Shown here: positions 9,050-19,500 of the stretch, in pieces | Layout: every line of letters starts with the position of its first letter | Numbering within the stretch: position 1 is the stretch's first letter | Virus record (IMG/VR): IMGVR_UViG_3300016484_000766 | Location: 1-63,230 of that record | Reading direction: 5' to 3' (one strand) | Length of the DNA stretch: 63,230 bases | DNA from: a virus | Taxonomy: Duplodnaviria > Caudoviricetes | The notes under the pieces: generated by a model | The model's database searches: none | What the model was told of the DNA's origin: nothing | Seen by the model: only the letters and a program-made list of their open reading frames with translations | Program-made: the position numbers and the translations under genes

Positions 9050-10959
9050 CCCACATGATCCCGGTAACGCTTGACTTCGAGACGTTCTTCAGCAAGGAGT
9101 ACTCTCTCACCAAGCTCGACTTCGTCCAGTACATCAAGGACGCTCGCTTCGAGGCGATCTCGGTCGCCATCAAGATCGGAGACGGGCGCACCATGGTGTA
9201 CTGGGGCGAAGACGTCATCCGCGAGAAGCTGCAGGAGATCGACTGGGCCACGCACGCGGCCGTGGCGCACAACGGCAACGAGTTCGACTTCCCGGTGCTC
9301 GTGTGGAAGTTCGACTGCCATCCGGCTCTGTTCATCGACACGGTATGCCTAGCGCGCCCGGCTCATCAAGCCGCGTACGGCGGGGTGTCATTGGCGGAGC
9401 TGTCGGAGACGTACGACCTGCCGACGAAGCAGACTCACGTCCTGCACTCCGTGATGGGCAAGCGGTATCTCGACTGGTCGCTGGAGGAGATGCGCGACTT
9501 CGGGCAGTACAACCGGACCGACACCGATAACTGCCACAGCCTGTTCAAGATCCTGGCTCGTTCCGCCGGCAAGAACGAGCTACTACTGTCGGACATGACG
9601 GCGCGCATGATCTGCTACCCGGCGTTCGAGGCGGATCGCCCAATGCTGCAGGCGGCTATGCGGCAGGTTGAGCTGGACAAAGACGCGCTGCTTCACTCCG
9701 TCATGGACGCACTAGGCGTCCTGACGGTGGACGACGCGTTGAAGGCGCTGCGCTCGAACCTCAAGTTCGCCGACGTGCTCCGGGAGTACGGGGTAGAGCC
9801 CCCGATGAAGACCAGCCCGACAACCGGGCAGCAAACGCATGCGTTTGCGAAGACCGACCCCGGCATGGTCGAGCTGACCGAGCACGAGGACCCGCGCATC
9901 CAGCTGCTGGCGCAGGCGCGGCTCGGCTCCAAGTCAACGTTGCTGGAGACACGGCTGGCTCGGATGAACGCCGTCGCTGACGCCATGGACGGAAGGATTC
10001 CGGTCCCGCTGGCGTTTCACGCAGCCACCACCGGGCGGTGGGGAGGGCGGGTCTGGAACCCGCAGAACCTCCCTCGCATCTCGCGCGACAAGTCAGGGAA
10101 CATCATCCCCAAGCCGACGAACGCCCTGCGCATGTCGCTTCGCGCGCCGAAAGGCTGCAAGGTCATCGTGGCCGACTTGTCCGGCATCGAGCTGCGGGTC
10201 AACCATTACCTGTGGGGCGTACACAGCACGGCAGCGCTGTACGCCGCTGACCCCAAGGCCGACCTGTACGTCAGCTTCGGCGCTCGGATGAAGAACAAGT
10301 CAGAGTCCGACGTCACCAAGGACGAGCGGCAGCTGGCAAAAGTCGCACAGCTTGGTCTGGGCTTCGGCGCCGGAGCGCCTACGTTCGTCCGTGTGGCCAA
10401 GAACATGGGCGGCATTGTGCTTACGGAACAGCAAGCCCAGGAGACCGTCGCGGCGTGGCGGGCGGAGTACAGCGCCATCGTCAACGGCTGGAAGAAGTGC
10501 ACTACGGCGGTCTCAGCCATGCGCACAGGCGCTACGTTCTGCCCGGACCCACGGGGGCTTGTAACGACTTCCCGTGGTGCGCTGCTTCTCCCATCGGGCC
10601 GTACGCTGCACTACCCGATGATGCGAAACGTCTATTCAGAGGAGTACAGCCGCAACGATACCTGGTACGGCTGGGGGAAGTACTCTTCCCGGCTCACCGG
10701 CCCGCTGTTGGACGAGAACATTGTCCAGGCGATCGCGCGCGACGTGATCGGGGAGCAAGCACTGCAGTTCAAACAAAGGACCGGGTACATTCCGGCGTTG
10801 ATGGTACACGACGAGCTTGTCTACGTCGTGCCTGAGTCCGAAGCAGAGTCGTTGTTGGGGCTTCTGCAAACGATCATGCGTACGCCGCCTTCGTGGCTTC
10901 CGGGCATTGTGCTCTGGTCCGAAGGGGACATCGCCGACAGCTACGGCGAGGCTAAGTAA
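9046..10959 (+). CDS. polA: Family A DNA polymerase with 3'-5' exonuclease domain
   Basis: ExoI LDFET; TTGRWGG; motif A ADLSGIELRV; motif B RQLAKVAQLGLGFG; motif C VHDELV (start may be ATG 9055). Confidence 0.95.
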   Translation: MTHMIPVTLDFETFFSKEYSLTKLDFVQYIKDARFEAISVAIKIGDGRTMVYWGEDVIREKLQEIDWATHAAVAHNGNEFDFPVLVWKFDCHPALFIDTVCLARPAHQAAYGGVSLAELSETYDLPTKQTHVLHSVMGKRYLDWSLEEMRDFGQYNRTDTDNCHSLFKILARSAGKNELLLSDMTARMICYPAFEADRPMLQAAMRQVELDKDALLHSVMDALGVLTVDDALKALRSNLKFADVLREYGVEPPMKTSPTTGQQTHAFAKTDPGMVELTEHEDPRIQLLAQARLGSKSTLLETRLARMNAVADAMDGRIPVPLAFHAATTGRWGGRVWNPQNLPRISRDKSGNIIPKPTNALRMSLRAPKGCKVIVADLSGIELRVNHYLWGVHSTAALYAADPKADLYVSFGARMKNKSESDVTKDERQLAKVAQLGLGFGAGAPTFVRVAKNMGGIVLTEQQAQETVAAWRAEYSAIVNGWKKCTTAVSAMRTGATFCPDPRGLVTTSRGALLLPSGRTLHYPMMRNVYSEEYSRNDTWYGWGKYSSRLTGPLLDENIVQAIARDVIGEQALQFKQRTGYIPALMVHDELVYVVPESEAESLLGLLQTIMRTPPSWLPGIVLWSEGDIADSYGEAK

Positions 10960-10991
10960 GGCGCAGCGCGTAACCAGTAACCGAGCAAACC

Positions 10992-11663
10992 ATGACAGCA
11001 AAGTTCAAAGGGTGGTCGTTCTCGGCGCTCACAGCGTTCGAGACGTGCCCGAAGCGTGTGTACCACACAAAGATCGCCAAGGACGTTTTCGATGCCCCAG
11101 GCGAAGCCGCCGCGTGGGGCGACTCGGTGCACAAGAGCTTCGAGCACAGCATCAAGACCGGCGAGAAGTTGCCTACAAGTATTCAACGCTACGAGCCGTT
11201 GATCAACGCGCTGGCGGATTACCCAGGCGAGCGTATCGTAGAGAAGAAGATGGCGGTGTCATCCTCCTTCAAGCCGACCGGCTGGACAACCCCCGAGACT
11301 TGGTGCCGTGGCATCGTGGACTTCGGCATCATCGCGCCGCAGACCGCGGTACTTGTTGACTGGAAAACAGGTAAGCGAAAACCCGAATCCGACCAGCTCA
11401 AGCTATTTGCCGGACTGGCGTTCGCGCATTTTCCGAACCTGGAGGTCGTTAAGACAGCGTTTGTATGGCTCAAGGAAGAAGCCGTCGACCGAGAGACCTT
11501 CACGCGCGATCAGGTACCAGTTATCTGGCAAACCTTTGCGCCGCGCGTTGCCAGAATGGAACGTGCATACGCAGAGGGCAACTTTCCCCCGAAGCCGTCC
11601 GGTCTTTGCCGCAAGCATTGCCCGGTTCCTCGGCATCTATGTACTCACTCAGGGAAAACATGA
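10992..11663 (+). CDS. PD-(D/E)XK exonuclease (Cas4/AddB-like, with Cys cluster)
   Basis: SFSAL..CP, GIVD, VDWKTGK, QL, C-terminal LCRKHCPV..LC. Confidence 0.85.
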   Translation: MTAKFKGWSFSALTAFETCPKRVYHTKIAKDVFDAPGEAAAWGDSVHKSFEHSIKTGEKLPTSIQRYEPLINALADYPGERIVEKKMAVSSSFKPTGWTTPETWCRGIVDFGIIAPQTAVLVDWKTGKRKPESDQLKLFAGLAFAHFPNLEVVKTAFVWLKEEAVDRETFTRDQVPVIWQTFAPRVARMERAYAEGNFPPKPSGLCRKHCPVPRHLCTHSGKT

Positions 11664-11839
11664 CGAACGAAAATCTCACCCCCTACAGCACGTTGACCGA
11701 CGAAGAGCTACTGATGCGCGCGTACACGCGCCGCGAGGCTCTTTCCCCGTTGGAGCTTGAACTCAGCTTGCGGCTGGAACACGCTCTGGACGCGCTGCGC
11801 GAGAAGCCACTCGAATCGCCGGAGGACGCTCTCTCGTAA
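11660..11839 (+). CDS. Hypothetical protein
   Basis: ATGA and TAATG coupling on both sides; LTDEELL. Confidence 0.7.
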   Translation: MTNENLTPYSTLTDEELLMRAYTRREALSPLELELSLRLEHALDALREKPLESPEDALS

Positions 11840-12267
11840 TGGCACTAACACCTGAAGGCAAAGTAAAGGAGGCGGTCAAGATAGTATTGAAGTCGCGCAA
11901 TATCTATTACTACATGCCTGTCCAAAATGGTATGGGAGTCGTAGGTATCCCGGATTTCGTCTGCTGCTATCTTGGCCACTTTCTAGCCATCGAGACAAAA
12001 GCCCCCGGCAAACTTGCTAACTTGTCAGCAAACCAGCAGCGCCAAATCGACCGCATTAATGCCGCCGGCGGAACTGCATTGGCGATCGACGACGTTGCGC
12101 AACTAACGGAAGTGTTAGATGGCATATACGCCCGATATTGCATCGACGCTGCACGACAGGCAGCAGACCTACGGGGAGTACCCGCGACTAGCGGAGCTGT
12201 CCCAGAACCTCAAGTCGCTAGTGCGAACGCACCCGGGCTGGACCCGGATGAACGGAGCGCAGCGTGA
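11839..12267 (+). CDS. VRR-NUC nuclease (resolvase-like)
   Basis: TPEGKVK, GIPDFV, AIETKA, Q...I..AGG. Confidence 0.9.
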   Translation: MALTPEGKVKEAVKIVLKSRNIYYYMPVQNGMGVVGIPDFVCCYLGHFLAIETKAPGKLANLSANQQRQIDRINAAGGTALAIDDVAQLTEVLDGIYARYCIDAARQAADLRGVPATSGAVPEPQVASANAPGLDPDERSAA

Positions 12268-12385
12268 AGCACTCGAAATGATCCTGCACAAGATCGCACG
12301 GATCGTGAACGGCGACCCGGATTACCGCGACTCCTGGGACGACATCGCCGGCTACGCCGCTCGCGGGACAGAAAGGACTCAATGA
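12119..12385 (+). CDS. DUF6378-like protein
   Basis: RQQTYG...KIARIVNGDPDYRDSWDDIAGYA. Confidence 0.8.
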   Translation: MAYTPDIASTLHDRQQTYGEYPRLAELSQNLKSLVRTHPGWTRMNGAQREALEMILHKIARIVNGDPDYRDSWDDIAGYAARGTERTQ

Positions 12386-12612
12386 TGGCTAACCACATGC
12401 CGCTTTCGCTGCCGCGCACCCTAGACGGGCTCCAGGCCGCCCTTCCGTTTGCGAATCCGTACTCGATAGGCGCGCCGCCCACCTTGCATGATATCGAGCG
12501 AGCACTGTTCAACTGCATGGCTATCAACAAGCTCTTGATCGAGTACCTCACCAACAACGACCTGCTTCGCACGGCGGAGCGTCTTGGAGCGCCAGATGCC
12601 CAAGTCAAGTAA
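12382..12612 (+). CDS. Hypothetical protein
   Basis: AAAGGA RBS, 76 aa. Confidence 0.6.
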   Translation: MMANHMPLSLPRTLDGLQAALPFANPYSIGAPPTLHDIERALFNCMAINKLLIEYLTNNDLLRTAERLGAPDAQVK

Positions 12613-12868
12613 AGCCAAGCTCGCCTACATGGCCGAGTACCAGAAGAAGCCGGAGAACGTCGAGAAGCGCGTGGAGCGCAACAAGGCGCGCCGGGAGGCC
12701 CTTCGTGAGGGCGTCGTCCACAAGGGCGACGGCAAGGAGATCGACCACAAGAAGATGCTCGATGAAGGCGGCAGCAACGCCAAGTCGAACCGTCGCGTGG
12801 TCGACGCATCCGAGAATCGCGCCTGGCGCGAGCGCAAGCCGGGCGTCTACGGGAAGAACAAGAAATGA
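12596..12868 (+). CDS. Small HNH-like protein
   Basis: KGDGKEIDHKK...GGSN..SN......NR. Confidence 0.75.
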   Translation: MPKSSKAKLAYMAEYQKKPENVEKRVERNKARREALREGVVHKGDGKEIDHKKMLDEGGSNAKSNRRVVDASENRAWRERKPGVYGKNKK

Positions 12869-13299
12869 AGCAACGCGGCGAATGCGTAGACGCCATTCTG
12901 GCGTTCCTTCGAGCCAACCCTGAGTCCACCACCGGCGAGATCGCTCAGGCCCTTGGCATGACCAAAGGCGCTGTATCGGCTACCCTGCGACGACTGCGAC
13001 GAACCTACGTCGGCATCCCGAAACGGGTCTACATTGCGGACTACACGTACGGCGACTCGCTGCACGGTCGCAGATACCCCCGCCCGATGTACTGCGTAGG
13101 CGACAAGGAGTGCGCCAAGAAGCCCAAAGTCACGATCCGCGAAGTCAGGGAGCGCCACCGCGTGGCTCGCTTCCGCGCTGCTAGCGTGTTCGACCTTGGC
13201 AAGAACCTGCGCGACCGAGAGATCGAGCGCGGCAAGAAACGGAGAGCCCTAAGTGCTGGTACTACCGCAGAAGAAAGCACTGGTCGTCAAGTCGCGTGA
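12865..13299 (+). CDS. Winged-HTH DNA-binding protein
   Basis: TTGEIAQALGMTKGAVSATLRRL. Confidence 0.75.
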   Translation: MKQRGECVDAILAFLRANPESTTGEIAQALGMTKGAVSATLRRLRRTYVGIPKRVYIADYTYGDSLHGRRYPRPMYCVGDKECAKKPKVTIREVRERHRVARFRAASVFDLGKNLRDREIERGKKRRALSAGTTAEESTGRQVA

Positions 13300-14830
13300 C
13301 CCGGACCAGCTTCTCGCGCTGATCCCGACGGCAAGGCCCCTGGTGGTCAAGGGGCAGAAGCTAGTGGCCGTGCCCCACCGCCTCGACGAGACGCGCGTGC
13401 TCCAGAACATGGGCATGTCTCCGCCGTCGCCGATCCGCTACCACTACGAGTGGTCGGGGCAGTACAAGCCGTTCACGGCCCAGATGGACACTGCGGAGTT
13501 CCTGACGCTCCATCCGCGAGCCTACGTACTCAACGAGATGGGCACCGGCAAGACGATGGCCGCGCTGTGGGCGTACGACTACCTGCGCAGCATCGGCAAG
13601 GTGAACAAGGTGCTGGTCTACTGCCCGCTGTCAACAATGGAGCGCACGTGGGCGGACGAGATCTTTCGCCACTTCCCGCACCTGGACTACGTGGTCGTGC
13701 ATGGCGATCGCAAGCGCCGCCAGAAGCTGATCCAGCAGAACGCCCATGTCTACATCATCAACCACGACGGCCTGGACATCATCAGCGAGCAGCTGAAAGA
13801 CCGCAGCGACATCGACCTTGTCATCGTCGACGAGATCGCTCAGGCGGGGCGCAACGCCAGCACAGACCGGTGGCGAACGCTCAACACCGTCGTCAACCTG
13901 CAGCTAGGCGGAGCCCGCTGGTGCTGGGGGGTAACCGGTACACCTACGCCGAACGCACCGACCGACGCCTGGGCTCAGTGCCGCCTGGTTACGCCGTCCA
14001 CGGTCCCGAAGTACTTCGGCCGGTTCAAAGACGCCGTGATGAAGCAGGTGAACCAGTTCCTGTGGGTCCCGCGCCCTAACGCCATGGAGCACGTGCACAG
14101 CGTCATGCAGCCGTCAATTCGGTTCAGCCGCGCCGAGTGCGTGGACTTGCCGCCGTGCGTGTTCCAGACTCGTCAGGTCGAGCTGTCCGCCAAGCAGGCG
14201 AAGGCCTACAAGGAGATGCTCAACCGCCTGAAAGCCGAGGTCGACGGCGGGGAAGTGCTGGCCGTCAACGAAGCGGTGAAGACGGCCAAGCTGGTGCAGA
14301 TCGCCTGCGGCGTGGCGTATGACAACGATGGCGAAGAGATCGTGCTGGACGCTAGCAAGCGCCTTGAGGTAACGCGAGAGATCATCAGCGAGGCAGAAGG
14401 CAAAGTCATCGTGTTCGCACCGTTCGTGTCCGCCGTCAAGTACGTGGCCGACCACCTAAAGCTGTGCGGTATCAGCGCTGAGACGATCTACGGTGAGGTT
14501 CCCAAGCACGAGCGCGACCGCATCTTTGGCGCGTTCCAGAACTTGGACGAGCCTCGCGTCATCGTTGCTCAGCCGGCGGCCATGTCGCACGGGCTCACAC
14601 TCACGGCAGCCGATACGATCATCTGGTACGCACCGATCTTCAGCAACGACATCTACGACCAAGCATGTGCGCGCATCACGCGGCCCGGCCAAAAGCGGGC
14701 TCAGCTGATCGTGAACATCGAGGGAAGCCCTGTCGAGCGGCTCATGTACAACCGGCTCCAGCACAAGCAAAAGATGCAAGGCATCCTTCTGACGATGGTC
14801 GAAGATGCTAGAGTATCAACTGTTGACTGA
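13253..14830 (+). CDS. SNF2-family (SF2) helicase
   Basis: EMGTGKT, VIVDE, TGTP, HGLTL, QACARITRPGQ. Confidence 0.92.
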   Translation: MLVLPQKKALVVKSRDPDQLLALIPTARPLVVKGQKLVAVPHRLDETRVLQNMGMSPPSPIRYHYEWSGQYKPFTAQMDTAEFLTLHPRAYVLNEMGTGKTMAALWAYDYLRSIGKVNKVLVYCPLSTMERTWADEIFRHFPHLDYVVVHGDRKRRQKLIQQNAHVYIINHDGLDIISEQLKDRSDIDLVIVDEIAQAGRNASTDRWRTLNTVVNLQLGGARWCWGVTGTPTPNAPTDAWAQCRLVTPSTVPKYFGRFKDAVMKQVNQFLWVPRPNAMEHVHSVMQPSIRFSRAECVDLPPCVFQTRQVELSAKQAKAYKEMLNRLKAEVDGGEVLAVNEAVKTAKLVQIACGVAYDNDGEEIVLDASKRLEVTREIISEAEGKVIVFAPFVSAVKYVADHLKLCGISAETIYGEVPKHERDRIFGAFQNLDEPRVIVAQPAAMSHGLTLTAADTIIWYAPIFSNDIYDQACARITRPGQKRAQLIVNIEGSPVERLMYNRLQHKQKMQGILLTMVEDARVSTVD

Positions 14831-14850
14831 CAGCCGAGCAAGGCCGCACC

Positions 14851-15120
14851 ATGAACGTGCTTACCGTTAAGCAAGTTGCAGAGAAGCTCCAGGTTGGCCC
14901 GAGCTTCATCTGGACGCTACTGAAGAAGGACCCGTCGTTTCCTCGTCCGCTCCAGCTGGGGCTGGGCGAGAAGCGCGGGCGCGCAACCCGGTGGCTGGAG
15001 CCGGCCATCGACAACTGGCTGCTGGTGCGCCAGCAGCTCGGAGATCAAGACAATGAAAGTGGACGACCTGGTACAGAAGTACATTCAGCTCCGGGAAGCC
15101 AAAGCGCAACTGAAGGCTGA
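14851..15120 (+). CDS. AlpA-family regulator / excisionase-like protein
   Basis: LTVKQVAEKLQVG..FIW....DPSFPRPLQLG...TRW....IDNW. Confidence 0.85.
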   Translation: MNVLTVKQVAEKLQVGPSFIWTLLKKDPSFPRPLQLGLGEKRGRATRWLEPAIDNWLLVRQQLGDQDNESGRPGTEVHSAPGSQSATEG

Positions 15121-15436
15121 GTACGACGCCAAGGTTGCGCCTGTAGATGCTGTGCTTGACAAGATCGAAGGCGCACTGCTGGCCAAGTTCAATGAACTTG
15201 GCGTAAGCTCCGTCAAGACCGAGTTTGGCACTGCGTACACGTCGGTACGCTCGTCAGCCACGTTGGCCGACTGGGACGTCTTCCGGGAGTTCTGCTCCCA
15301 GCAAGAGGACCCTTACGCCTTCGTTGAGCGCCGTGTCTCCAAGACTGCCGTCGAGGAGTTCCGTAACGCCAACGCTGACCTGCCCCCCGGCGTGAACTGG
15401 TCGGAGACCCGAGTGGTCAACTTCCGGCGTTCCTAA
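15053..15436 (+). CDS. Conserved phage replication-module protein (coiled coil)
   Basis: GGAG RBS; LVQKYIQLRE...SVKTEFGT...LPPGV. Confidence 0.75.
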   Translation: MKVDDLVQKYIQLREAKAQLKAEYDAKVAPVDAVLDKIEGALLAKFNELGVSSVKTEFGTAYTSVRSSATLADWDVFREFCSQQEDPYAFVERRVSKTAVEEFRNANADLPPGVNWSETRVVNFRRS

Positions 15437-15457
15437 ACCAAGAGGTGCTTACACATC

Positions 15458-16450
15458 ATGAACATCATCCCGTTTGAATCCGCCAAGGTCCCTGCAGCTC
15501 TAGGCAAGCTGTTTGGCACCGGCGCCGAAGATCTCGTCGGCAACAACGCCTCCGGCGGCTTTCCCGTCATCTCCATCAAGGGCAAGGTCTTCCACATCCA
15601 GCGTGGCGACGAGCGCATCCTGGTGACCAAGCCCGGCGAGGACGACCCCGCGTCCAGCCTGGAAGTGGTGATCATCAAGGCCAACCCGCACCGCAGCAAG
15701 GTCTTTTACAAGACCGGCTACGCCGAAGGCACCACGGAGAAGCCCGACTGCTACTCCAACACCGGCGAGGCGCCCGAGAAGGACGCCAAGGAGCCACAAG
15801 CCAAGAAGTGCGCCGTGTGCCCGCACAACCAGTGGGGGTCGAAGGTCACCGAGCAGGGCGCCAAGGGCAAGGCGTGCGCTGACTCCCGCCGCATCGCGGT
15901 GGCTACCCTGGACGCTCCGGCTGACCCGATGCTGGTGCGCGTTCCGGCCGCGTCGATGAAGGCCATGGAGGACTACGGCAAGCAGCTGGCCGCGCGCGGC
16001 ATCCCGCCGCAGGCTGTGGTGACCAAGATCGGCTTCGACTACTCGGTGGCCCATCCGGCGCTGACCTTCAAGCCTGTCGGCCTGATCGGCGACGCTTCGC
16101 TGCTGGCTGAGATCAAGAAGTCGGCGGAGACCGAGCTGGCCGCTCAGATCGTCGGCCTGATGCCGTCGCCGATGAGCCAAGCCGAATCGGAAGCTGACAG
16201 CGACCCGAGCATGGACAACCTGCCGGTTATCGGAGCGCCCTCGGCGGAGCCTCCGGTCGAGCCCCCTGCCCCCGCACCCGCACCTCGCGCCGCCAAGCCA
16301 AAGACGGTGCCTGCCGAGGCCGCGGTTGACGCTGCCGTGTCGGTTGCTGCCGATACCAAGAAGGCCAACGTGAAGGTCGAAGCTGCCAGCGCCGACAAGC
16401 TGGTGCAGGAAGTCCAGGGCCTGCTGGACAACCTCGACTTCGATAACTAA
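15458..16450 (+). CDS. Putative ssDNA-binding/annealing protein
   Basis: Cys cluster (PDC...CAVCPHNQWGS..GKAC), Pro/Ala linker, acidic C-terminal tail; located just before the primase. Confidence 0.55.
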   Translation: MNIIPFESAKVPAALGKLFGTGAEDLVGNNASGGFPVISIKGKVFHIQRGDERILVTKPGEDDPASSLEVVIIKANPHRSKVFYKTGYAEGTTEKPDCYSNTGEAPEKDAKEPQAKKCAVCPHNQWGSKVTEQGAKGKACADSRRIAVATLDAPADPMLVRVPAASMKAMEDYGKQLAARGIPPQAVVTKIGFDYSVAHPALTFKPVGLIGDASLLAEIKKSAETELAAQIVGLMPSPMSQAESEADSDPSMDNLPVIGAPSAEPPVEPPAPAPAPRAAKPKTVPAEAAVDAAVSVAADTKKANVKVEAASADKLVQEVQGLLDNLDFDN

Positions 16451-16510
16451 GGTCCTTGGGGGTCCGCTCGGCTAAGTACCTAGACAAGCGCTAGGTAACC
16501 CCCGCCACCC

Positions 16511-16540
16511 GAGCCCGCCTCCGTGCGGGCTTGTTTACTT
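16511..16540 (+). terminator. Probable intrinsic terminator
   Basis: AGCCCGC-ctccgt-GCGGGCT followed by TGTTTACTT. Confidence 0.6.
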
Positions 16541-16550
16541 GCGAGCACCA

Positions 16551-19500
16551 ATGCGCGCCATCGACTTCTACAACAGCGTATTGCCGCCATTCGGTCTGCG
16601 CGCCCTGGCGGTGTTCCGGAAAGGGTTGGGCAGCTACCCTGACCACTTCTTCTTCGAGGCCAACGATGACCTGATCGCCTCCGCGGAAAGCTACGACTCG
16701 CTCGGCAAGAACGTCTACCACGGCTGCGCTACGTTCAAGACAGCGGAGAACCGCAAAGCCACCAATGTGCTGGCGGTGAAGTCCCTGTGGGTGGACCTAG
16801 ATACCGGTCCTGGCAAGCCGTACGCATCAGCCAAGGACGCTGCTGTAGCCGTCGAACAGTTCCGCCTGGCGCTAGGGCTCAAGGCCCCGCACTTTGTGCG
16901 CTCCGGCGGCGGGCTGCACGCCTACTTCCCGTTCAACAAGCCGGTGTCCCCCGAGAACTGGAAGCGCCTTGCGGCTGCATTCGGTTCCTGCATGGATCAC
17001 TTCGGCATCAAGCACGACACAAGTCGCACAGAAGATTTGGCGTCCGTGCTCCGCATCCCCGGGACGCACAACTACAAGACGGACCCGGCGCGCGATGTCG
17101 TGCTGGTAAGGCTCGGCGAGGAAGACTCTGCCGCCGGTGTGTACGCCAAGTTCAAACAGTACGCGCAAGACAACGGCATTCTGTTGTCTGAGCCCGTGTC
17201 CCCAACGGTCAAGGTAACAAACGACCTGGTAGGCGCGCCGCCTGAGTACCCGCCGTCCGAATACCAGCGCATCGAAGCTGGGTGCGCCGCGATTGCTGAA
17301 GTGGCTACCACCGGCGGTGACACGACGTTCGACGTGTGGCGCCGAGCCATCGGCATCGCCAAGCACACCGCCGAGCCGAGGGAAGCGGCTATCCGCTGGA
17401 CCCGGAACCGCGCCGACACCGGGCACTCCCAGTACGACTGGGAAGGCGAGCTTGACCGGTGGCGCACAGGCCCCACGACCTGCGCCGAGCTAGACCGCCA
17501 CTGCGACCACTGCGGGTCGTGCCCGCACAACGGCAAGATCAAGTCGCCGATTCAGCTGGGCGTCACAGAAATCCCTGTCGTTAAGCCCGTAACGCCAGAG
17601 CCCGAGCAGGCGCGTAGCGCGCCTATCCCTCCGAAGCGTCCGTGGGAGTTCGGCGCCAAGTGGATTGTGGACGCCGTGAACAGCGAGTGCAAGGTGGGCT
17701 ACAACGGGCGCAACATGACGATGCTCGCCCAAGGCGAAGACGGCCTGAACAAGCACGTCGAGTTCTGCAACCGGTACTGGCAGGTGATGCGCCGGGTGAA
17801 GTCACCCGAAGGCATCTGGCAGATCGAGATTGCCTACAGCATGTACAACGGCCGTCCGCACGAGACTTTCCTCATGGACAGCGCAGCAGTCACTTCCCCA
17901 GACCTACTCAAGAAGGCGTTCTCGGCACGGGAACTCCACATCCGCGGAGGTACGCGAGCAATGAGCAAAGCACAAGAGATTCTGATGTACGAACAGGCCA
18001 TGCTCTACGAGCACGAGCTTGAGACCCCCACGTACCCGGCCATGGGCTGGGCCCGCGTGGGCAACTCCCGCAACGGCGACCTGACCGGCGAATTCGTTCT
18101 TGGTGATACCGTGTTCCGCCCGAAGGAAAAGCCGCAGACTGTGCTAATTGAGAAGGGCGGTGACGCGCACCTGTCCAGCGCGTTCGGCCAGAAGGGGACC
18201 GTCGACGAGTGGACGGCGCTGATCGACTGGATCTACAACCGCCCTGGCGCTGAGCCCTATCAATTTGTCCTGGCGGCTATGTTCGCAGCTCCGCTGGTCC
18301 GTCTGGTCCCCGGGGACGGCGCGTGGCACGGCATCCCTATCGCTCTCATGGGCGAGGGCGGCGCCGCAAAGACCTCTACGGCCCTGGTCGGTATGTCAAT
18401 CTACGCCAAACCCAGCGCCCTGCAGTTCAACGCTCAGGGTTCCAAGGACGGCCAAGGCGACACCATCAACGCGTTTGCTGCCAAGGTCGGCGCGCTCAAC
18501 AACCTTCCGTTCATCGCCGACGAAATGACCGGCGTGGAGCCGGAGCGCATGTCGTCCATCATGTACATGCTGGCCAACGGTAAGCCGAAGGACCGGGCCG
18601 GCATCGACGGCAAGCTGCTTGACAACCGCCACCGGTGGGACACGCTCTCCATCGCTACTGGCAACGAGTCGTTCCACGACAAGCTCCGCGGCCTGCAGAA
18701 CCAGAACGCGCAGAACGCCACGCAGCTGCGCTGCTTCCAGATCGAACTCAAGGTCTCGGACCTGCAGCAAGTGTTCTTCGACGTCCACAAGACCGACATC
18801 GAGCAGAAGCTGCTTGACGAGCAGTACGGCGCCGTCGGCCGGGCGTGGATTCAGTTCCTCGTCAACAACCGCGAGAAGGTCCAGACGCTCCTCGGCGAGC
18901 GCCGCCGCGTGTTCCAGATCGACGACAACGACACCTCGTCCATCCGGTTCTACAAGGACTTGCTCATGACGGTCGAGACCGCTGCGATCCTGGCCAAGCG
19001 CCTGGGGTTCATCCAGTGGGACCTCGCGCCGATGATGTCTTGGGCCAAGGACCAGGTCCGCGGACTCCGCGCCACCGTGCTCCAGCAGGACTGGGAGTCG
19101 GTCTTCTCCGACTTCGTTGCCAGCCTGCACGGCCGGACCATCGTTACCCGCGAGATGAAGGTCGGACCCGGTCGCCGCGCCAACAAGAACGCCGAGATGC
19201 CGCTTGAGCCTCTGTCGTCGGCTGCGCCGCCTGTCGCGCGCCGTGCTATTGCCTCGCGTCTGTTCTTCGTCACGTCGAACGCGATGACGGACTGGTGCTA
19301 CAAGAACCGCGTCAACGCCCCGGCCCTGGTCAACGAAATGATCGACCGCGGGTTCATCGTGATCCCCAGCGGCTCGAAGCGGGTCCCGCGCCTGATCAAC
19401 CTAGGCAGCGGCACGACGGTTACACGCCCGCAGGCGCTGTGCTGGGAGCTGTCCTACGACAAGGTCGCGGACTTCGTGCAGGGCGACGAGGCGGACACGT

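Noticed and set aside
10992-11663. Cas4-like nuclease as evidence of CRISPR-Cas
   Set aside because: Stand-alone Cas4-like exonucleases are routine in phage replication modules.
11839-12385. 149-bp overlap of VRR-NUC and DUF6378-like genes as a programmed frameshift
   Set aside because: No slippery site was seen; the VRR-NUC domain ends before the overlap, so the tail is probably a neutral extension.
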